Positions 53,786 through 59,213 of a DNA stretch of 59,213 nt are shown piece by piece (position 1 is the first letter of the stretch; each line of letters opens with the position of its first letter). The stretch lies in contig JAICKY010000001.1 in NCBI GenBank assembly GCA_025927655.1, positions 1 through 59,213 on the forward strand. Direction: 5' to 3'. The translations under genes were made by a program, and so were the position numbers. Below the pieces are notes generated by a model. The model was not told the origin of the DNA, made no database searches, and saw only the letters and a list, made by a program, of their open reading frames with translations. Origin of the DNA: Candidatus Saccharimonadota bacterium. GTDB lineage: Bacteria > Patescibacteriota > Saccharimonadia > Saccharimonadales > UBA4665.

Positions 53786-55227
53786 TGCCCACTCACCTAG
53801 CATGGCATAGGCGGCTTCGTTCGGTTCGGATGAAAGACGACCTGCCAGAAAATAAAGCGCGTGAAAATGTGCTGCGGATTCTCCTTCGCGGCACCACGAT
53901 TATTACGGGACTGTTTTTTGTACTACTGCTGCTCAGCTATTTTGCGGCGGGTAACACACAGGTTCGCGGCCGATTGATTATCAATTTGCTGGTTCTGCTG
54001 TACCTGATTGTAGCGATAGTATTGGAACGGCGTGGTAAACATCAGCTCAGCGCTGGAATGCTGGTAGTGGGTTATGTAGGCGTTGCCGGTCTCGCGGCAT
54101 GGACATGGGGGATAAACCTGCCCCTAGCTTCACTGGTCATGTGTGTGACTATTACGCTGGCGGGTATAGTGTTGGGTGCGCGGTATGCGCTGTACGCTGC
54201 TGCCACGGTGAGCGGCGTGGTGCTGGCTATACAAACATTCACCACCAGTAAAGTCCACATTCCCGATCAAAGCTGGCAAAGCAAGGCGCCATCGCAGTTT
54301 GGTGATGCCATTGGCTATTGTTTATTGTTTTTCATTTTGGGTTTGGTGGCCTGGATATTTGGACGTCAGATTGAGCGATCGCTGAGTCAGGCTCGAGAAG
54401 CCGAGGCTGCCCTATTGCAGGAGAAGAAACAGTTGTCGATACGGCTAAAGGAGCGTACCGATAAACTCCGTGCTACGCAGCTCAAAGAGGTCCAACAGCT
54501 GTACCGGTTCGCCGAGCTGGGACAAATGAGTACGGCCATGCTGCATGAACTTGCCAATCACCTGACGGTACTAACGCTCGACATAGAGGGGCTGGAGCCT
54601 AATTCTCAGCAATCTCAGGCTATCGAACGGGCCAAGCAAAGTATTTCGCATTTGGACGGCCTCGTCGCGAAGGTAAGCCGGCAGCTAAAGGAAAAAGGCG
54701 AAGTCAGGACGTTTAATGTAAGGCACAGCCTAGAAGCTGCGTTTACGACTGTCCGGCCAAAAGCTGTTGAGGCTGAGGTGGAACTGAAACTAGTGTTGAA
54801 GGGTGCTGCACGGTATTTGCAGGTGCGCGGCGACCCGACCCGCTTTGGTCAGGTAATGACTATTCTCATCACGAATGCTGTCGAGGCATCTGTTGTTTCT
54901 GTAGAGGCTGAACAACGCCGATCGGTGAAAGTTTCGGTATTGGCAGGCCCTAAAGCCGTGGAGATACGAATCAGCGACTGGGGAGCCGGTATCAATGCCA
55001 GTGAGAAAGCAAAGTTATTCAAACCGTTTTACACAACGAAGGAAAACGGCATGGGTATCGGTCTGTTCATAACCAGGAAGATAATCCAGACCCACTTCAG
55101 AGGCACCGTTGCATTAGAAAGCGCCGCCAGCCCAACTACCTTTAATGTCACGCTACCGCACAGGAGTACCCATGCAGACCGCCCGGCTGCGCCGCCTCAT
55201 CCGACTAGAAGCAGACAAGCTCGCTAA
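53752..55227 (+). CDS. sensor histidine kinase (multi-TM sensor, HisKA + HATPase_c); start uncertain
   Basis: H-box MSTAMLHELANHLT, N-box ILITNAVEAS, and G-boxes DWGAGI / GMGIGLFITRKII. The alternative start ATG 53830 (MKDDLPEN) lies outside the hairpin. Confidence 0.85.
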   Translation: MTDVADSRLSVVPTHLAWHRRLRSVRMKDDLPENKARENVLRILLRGTTIITGLFFVLLLLSYFAAGNTQVRGRLIINLLVLLYLIVAIVLERRGKHQLSAGMLVVGYVGVAGLAAWTWGINLPLASLVMCVTITLAGIVLGARYALYAAATVSGVVLAIQTFTTSKVHIPDQSWQSKAPSQFGDAIGYCLLFFILGLVAWIFGRQIERSLSQAREAEAALLQEKKQLSIRLKERTDKLRATQLKEVQQLYRFAELGQMSTAMLHELANHLTVLTLDIEGLEPNSQQSQAIERAKQSISHLDGLVAKVSRQLKEKGEVRTFNVRHSLEAAFTTVRPKAVEAEVELKLVLKGAARYLQVRGDPTRFGQVMTILITNAVEASVVSVEAEQRRSVKVSVLAGPKAVEIRISDWGAGINASEKAKLFKPFYTTKENGMGIGLFITRKIIQTHFRGTVALESAASPTTFNVTLPHRSTHADRPAAPPHPTRSRQAR

Positions 55228-56950
55228 CGACACTGCTAGTATTGATGCGCTGGAACCGGCTGTAATCGCAGCAACACTCCAAGCTTTAACGGTTGTAGAA
55301 TCGAACGATAGCGTAAAGCAGCGGTTGGCGCTGGTTTTGCGTACTCAACTGACTAAAGAATGGATTTCTGCGGGGGATTTGTTGGGTGTGTTTTACGCTC
55401 TCTCTGCCCTGCGCTGCTACGATAAAACGATACCGGGAGACATGATGGCACACGCCGTGCAGCGGCTGGTACGTTCCGAGGTTGCGCCAGGTGGACCCTA
55501 TATGTCGCTGGATAAGACACTCAGCGCCGAAGCGAATGCTAGTATTGTGTGCTTTCTGGCTGGTGATGCGCAGCTGCCCGCGGCGGAGCGTTATGCGGCA
55601 GAGGCAACGCAGCGTATGCTCTATGATTTGAAGCCAGCGAAGGCGCGGCGGCTTATCTATCTGGTAGCCCCTGCCTTGCCGGCGGACGCGCGGAGTGAAG
55701 TGCTGCGTATTGTGCGCAAACAACTTGCGGGTGCAACTTCAGGTGGGAATCCACTTGAAGTTGCACTGTTGATCAGTACGTTGGCGCGGCTTGATGACCC
55801 GGCAGAATGTGGCGGTCTCGTGGACCATCTGGCACAACAGCTCAACAACCGAACAGTTGTGTCCGGCCGATTGTTTGCGGTGCCAATCCAACCCAGGCCA
55901 AGCTCCATTTTAGCAACAGCTCTGATTTTGGAAGCGTTGTCGTTATGTTTGGCTGCCAGCAAACCAAAACCAGCTGCCGTGTCTAACAGCAGCTATCACC
56001 ACGAGGTGCTGCAACGAGTTAACAAAAGGCTTGCAGACCTGCCTAGCCCACTCGATGCATCAGGAATCAAGATTTGGAATGAAGTCGTGCAGGCAGACAA
56101 AAACCACGAGATTGTCCTTATGCCGCGCTTTTTTGCAGAATCGCTCAGAGCCGACCCCGTGACTTCGGACGAAGTGCTCGCCCAGCTTGGCGAAGCCAGC
56201 TTTTTTTGCTGGATAGCCACTATTATTTATGATGATTTTATCGACGAAGAGGGTGTACCTGCCATGCTGCCGGTGGCGAATGTCGCCCACCGGATTTCAC
56301 TGGGCATTTACTGCCGGTTGCTGGCCGGTTCTCCTGGCCTGTACGATTTTGTTGAACAGACGTACGACCGGGTTGACCGAGCCAATGCCTGGGAGCTTCA
56401 AAATACCCGTGCTGAGGTTACTGGCAGCACTATTACACTCCTTGCCCTGCCCCGCTATGGTACGCGGATGGTTTTGGCAGACAGAGCGTTCGGCCATGCT
56501 ATAGGGCCTATGCTGGTTGCAATGCGCTTGCCATACGTACGGCCCAGTCAGATTGCGAATGCGCAGAAGGCGTTGAATCATTATCTGATTGCCCGCCAGT
56601 TAAACGACGATCTGCACGACTGGCGCGACGACCTCCGGGCCGGTCAGCTGAGTGCAGTGCTGACAGGTTTATTACGAGATGCCGGTGTGACCCCAGGCGT
56701 ATACGATCTGGACACACTGACTTCCCAACTGGAGATGTACCTTTTCCGGCATGGACTGAAGAAACAATGCTCACAACTCCTGGCTCATGTCACCCATTGC
56801 AGACGCGCGCTGTATCTGAGCGGACTCACGGTCCAGCCTGGCGGGTTTGGCAGGCTGGTCGATGCCCTGGAAGCGTCGGCACGCGAGGCTTTACAGATCC
56901 ATGCTACCCGGCAAGCGTTCCTGCAATCTTACACCGAAACCGATGAGTAG
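55172..56950 (+). CDS. two-domain protein with twin DDxxD motifs (class I isoprenoid-synthase-like C-terminal domain), function unknown
   Basis: ATG 55172 with AGGAG 5 nt upstream. It overlaps the HK 3' end by 56 nt. IIYDDFIDEEG (DDFID at 56231-56245) and ARQLNDDLHDWRDDL (DDLHD at 56606-56620) lie 125 aa apart. Confidence 0.6.
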   Translation: MQTARLRRLIRLEADKLANDTASIDALEPAVIAATLQALTVVESNDSVKQRLALVLRTQLTKEWISAGDLLGVFYALSALRCYDKTIPGDMMAHAVQRLVRSEVAPGGPYMSLDKTLSAEANASIVCFLAGDAQLPAAERYAAEATQRMLYDLKPAKARRLIYLVAPALPADARSEVLRIVRKQLAGATSGGNPLEVALLISTLARLDDPAECGGLVDHLAQQLNNRTVVSGRLFAVPIQPRPSSILATALILEALSLCLAASKPKPAAVSNSSYHHEVLQRVNKRLADLPSPLDASGIKIWNEVVQADKNHEIVLMPRFFAESLRADPVTSDEVLAQLGEASFFCWIATIIYDDFIDEEGVPAMLPVANVAHRISLGIYCRLLAGSPGLYDFVEQTYDRVDRANAWELQNTRAEVTGSTITLLALPRYGTRMVLADRAFGHAIGPMLVAMRLPYVRPSQIANAQKALNHYLIARQLNDDLHDWRDDLRAGQLSAVLTGLLRDAGVTPGVYDLDTLTSQLEMYLFRHGLKKQCSQLLAHVTHCRRALYLSGLTVQPGGFGRLVDALEASAREALQIHATRQAFLQSYTETDE

Positions 56951-56961
56951 CCGCACCTATC

Positions 56962-57720
56962 TTATATCTTGTTCTCCATACGTTTTTCCTGGCGGTTGTA
57001 CGTCATATAAGAAACGCACACCACTATCAAAGCAGTCAAAATAATACTAACCGTTCCATCGCCGTGCCCCAGTCCATGCGGCACTGGCTTGCCAAACCAA
57101 TCGGCAAACGATGCTCCTAGCGGTCGAGTGATGATGTATGCAAACCAGAATGTAAACACTTCGTTCAGCCTAAAACGACGGCTTATGATTGGAATAAGCA
57201 TAATGGCAGCGAAGAGTATGCCGGAACTGAAGTATCCGAGCCCAAGGCTATTGGCCGTCCAGTCACCTACTGCCGTGCCAAGGGCAAACGTTGTCATGAC
57301 CGTCAGCCAGTAGAAAATTTCTCGCCGAGTGTTGGTAATAGTGTGGATCGACAGGCTGTGTTCGGCCTTTTGCCACACCGTGAAAACTACGGCTAGGCTG
57401 ACTGCAAAAAACGATGTTGAAACAGCGTACGGCATCCCGAACTGCTTGTGCAAAACATCGGCTGCCATGGTACCAAAAACCGCCACCATCGCCACAGCGA
57501 ACCAATACACCCAGGGAATATAGCGTTTTGCCCGAAACTGCAATACGAGCGCAATTACAAAAACCACGAAGCCAAGCGCGACGGCGACATAAGGGCTCAT
57601 TGCGTTAGCCAGAAAATCGGACGTCGCCTCCCCCATGGCGGTAGTAAGCAATTTCGCAACCCAAAATAGTGCAGTTATTTCCGGTACTTTGCGCAACAGA
57701 TAGTTCCTGTTCTGATTCAT
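56962..57720 (-). CDS. integral membrane protein (COG4705-like), function unknown
   Basis: 252 aa and about 8 TM helices. The N-terminus KVPEITALFWVAKLLTTAMGEATSDF resembles that uncharacterised family as I remember it. Confidence 0.55.
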   Translation of the reverse strand: MNQNRNYLLRKVPEITALFWVAKLLTTAMGEATSDFLANAMSPYVAVALGFVVFVIALVLQFRAKRYIPWVYWFAVAMVAVFGTMAADVLHKQFGMPYAVSTSFFAVSLAVVFTVWQKAEHSLSIHTITNTRREIFYWLTVMTTFALGTAVGDWTANSLGLGYFSSGILFAAIMLIPIISRRFRLNEVFTFWFAYIITRPLGASFADWFGKPVPHGLGHGDGTVSIILTALIVVCVSYMTYNRQEKRMENKI

Positions 57721-58151
57721 CTAGACGTTAATTATAGACGATGTGCAGGATTCTTTCTTATAAAGAGGATGCCCCGTGGTTATTCCCGGACTATCAGACA
57801 TCTGTTCGGGAGATTGGTCTTTAACTTTTACCACTGTCATCCATTCTGTGAGCTTAGCTTCGTCCTCAGGAGGCTGCAGCCGGAATTACGTACTTGAATA
57901 TATACGCTTATGTCTATAGAATTTCTGAGGACTTAGGAGATAAATCTTGATGCAGCCACGTCATTAATTGTATAGAGCGCTTGTTGCAAGATCATTCTTA
58001 GCACCTGAATAAATGGTTGATGACTGGAGGACACCCTAGAGGCTACATACACTTACGTACTTGACCCTAAGAAGAATACAATACTCAACGCTTTAGCTTG
58101 AGTTATTTTTATTACACTAAATGATTAGCTTGTTAATCATAGCTGCGTCAA

Positions 58152-59078
58152 TTGTTAGACGTGGAATATTTTAACATTCTAAAAAAGGAGTATTGCCGAT
58201 TGAGTGAAAGTCCCCCGCCTATAAGTATGGATTTAGGGCTGCCAGAAAGCAGCACGACACCGCGACAGCGTCTAATCAAACGAGTTATTGACGCGGATAT
58301 TGCACACGAAGAGGATGGTAACCCTTATCTCAGAAATGCTATGGGATTTGATTTCTCGACGGTTCAGGAACCTGTAGTAGACTCCAGATTCGATGCTCGT
58401 ATTAATCTGGGTGAACTTACAAGAGCGTTTCCGGAGGAGGATCCGAAGGATCTACTTTTGTACGGAGCAATGGTGAGCGGCATTAAGCTGGGAGATGACA
58501 AAGCTTCAAACTGGGCACGGTTGCCTCGAGAGTATAGCCCGCAGACAAGTTATTTCTATGTTACAGGTGAATTTGCAGCGGGCCCAAATAGGGCAGCTGC
58601 TAGACGGCTCAGCTTACGGGTTATCCCGGAACACTGGGAAGATCCTCGATTCGATACCAAATTTACTGTCAATAGCGTTGAGTCGCAGTTAGAACTAAGG
58701 TTTAACCCCGGAGATGGAGCCGAAGATATTATCCTTGGGCGTTTCAACAAGTTATTGCCTGCAGATGTGCCAAGGTTGGCGTATCGACGAGAAGGCCGCC
58801 ATGATGGCGACAATGGCATAGTGATTAACCCTATAATGACGTGTCCACATCGCTGTACGTTTTGTTCGCGCCAATATGACACGCTTAACAAGGGTGTTGA
58901 CCTGGAGGATAAGGCTGCACTGGCGGTGCTGAATCCGCAAGAGATTGTGGACCACATGATGTCGAAATGGCCGAACATGAATTGGAGCAACGTAAGTCGG
59001 CTATCACTGGTAACCGGGTCGTTTAATGACTTCAATCATATGCATCAGTACATCGATAGTCTGCGTGAGAGCCTATAG
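58152..59078 (+). CDS. radical SAM-like protein with a ~220-aa unknown N-terminal domain, apparently C-terminally truncated
   Basis: CPHRCTFC (CX3CX2C, 58842-58865). The ORF stops only 70 aa after the cluster, just after a GGE-like LVTGSF. All three frames are closed downstream. The start is uncertain: TTG 58152, TTG 58200 (AAGGAG 9 nt upstream) or ATG 58227. Confidence 0.5.
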   Translation: MLDVEYFNILKKEYCRLSESPPPISMDLGLPESSTTPRQRLIKRVIDADIAHEEDGNPYLRNAMGFDFSTVQEPVVDSRFDARINLGELTRAFPEEDPKDLLLYGAMVSGIKLGDDKASNWARLPREYSPQTSYFYVTGEFAAGPNRAAARRLSLRVIPEHWEDPRFDTKFTVNSVESQLELRFNPGDGAEDIILGRFNKLLPADVPRLAYRREGRHDGDNGIVINPIMTCPHRCTFCSRQYDTLNKGVDLEDKAALAVLNPQEIVDHMMSKWPNMNWSNVSRLSLVTGSFNDFNHMHQYIDSLRESL

Positions 59079-59099
59079 CAACCTAAAAACAAAACCTAC

Positions 59100-59213
59100 C
59101 TAAAACGAGTAATTGAACGGGCGTGAAGCGACGAAGTCGCTGAACGCCTGTTTGGTGTCTTTGAAGGTGTCGTGTTGTACATTGGCAATGTGTTGCTTGG
59201 TCGTATTCCAAAC
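59100..59213 (-). CDS. 3' end of an unidentified CDS entering from the right edge
   Basis: Open frame on the minus strand from the window edge to TAG at 59102-59100 (...VWNTTKQHIANVQHDTFKDTKQAFSDFVASRPFNYSF). Supported by the open frame only. Confidence 0.25.
   Translation of the reverse strand, partial: VWNTTKQHIANVQHDTFKDTKQAFSDFVASRPFNYSF

Noticed and set aside
53568-53792. 74-aa minus-strand ORF in the RR-HK spacer
   Set aside because: It has no RBS, lies antisense to the operon, spans the inverted repeat and has an odd composition. It is unlikely to be coding.

Overview
59.2-kb chromosomal window. It is densely coding, with about 60 protein genes and 2 tRNAs. I found no rRNA, no CRISPR array, and no recognisable transposase, integrase or phage gene. 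It uses the standard genetic code, and GC is roughly 50% by eye. Only the last ~1.5 kb is visibly more AT-rich.

Gene content: many single-pass membrane proteins with long low-complexity N-termini, sortase, PEGA, DUF3048, a MarP-type protease, VKOR, UppP, an RRM RNA-binding protein, MMPL, inositol-3-phosphate synthase and three ECF-like sigma factors. This fits a small-genome monoderm-type bacterium, possibly Saccharibacteria/CPR-like or related to Actinobacteria or Chloroflexi. That placement is inference only.

Housekeeping calls:
- nadD, rlmH, xth, pgi and uppP.
- gltX, split by a 1-nt frameshift.
- tRNA-Leu(CAA) and tRNA-Ser(GGA).

Accessory content:
- Two paralogous ECF sigma/anti-sigma modules.
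- A umuD-like/umuC cassette preceded by two tiny translationally coupled ORFs.
- A DUF3048-HK-RR-MMPL operon interrupted by a 180-bp hairpin-rich repeat element.
- A membrane-anchored Clp/Hsp100-like ATPase with a degenerate first AAA+ domain.
- A MacB-type ABC exporter.
- A reductase / VUT transporter / gamma-glutamyl-ligase (folate-like) cluster preceded by a 170-bp long-stem element.
- An ino1-LysR-pgi unit.
- A two-component operon that ends in a protein with two DDxxD motifs, resembling an isoprenoid synthase.
- A truncated radical-SAM gene in an AT-rich islet.

Several gene remnants suggest ongoing gene decay: a start-less NTF2-like ORF, a P-loop kinase lacking its P-loop, an APS-kinase fragment and the truncated radical SAM gene.

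The best candidates for something undescribed are:
- The HK-linked DDxxD protein (55172-56950).
- The membrane-anchored Clp-like pair (30056-32890).
- The structured intergenic elements (15967-16148, 45324-45493).
- The small-ORF/anti-SD leader of the umuDC cassette (12477-13065).

All family assignments come from motif recognition by eye and from memory. No searches were run.
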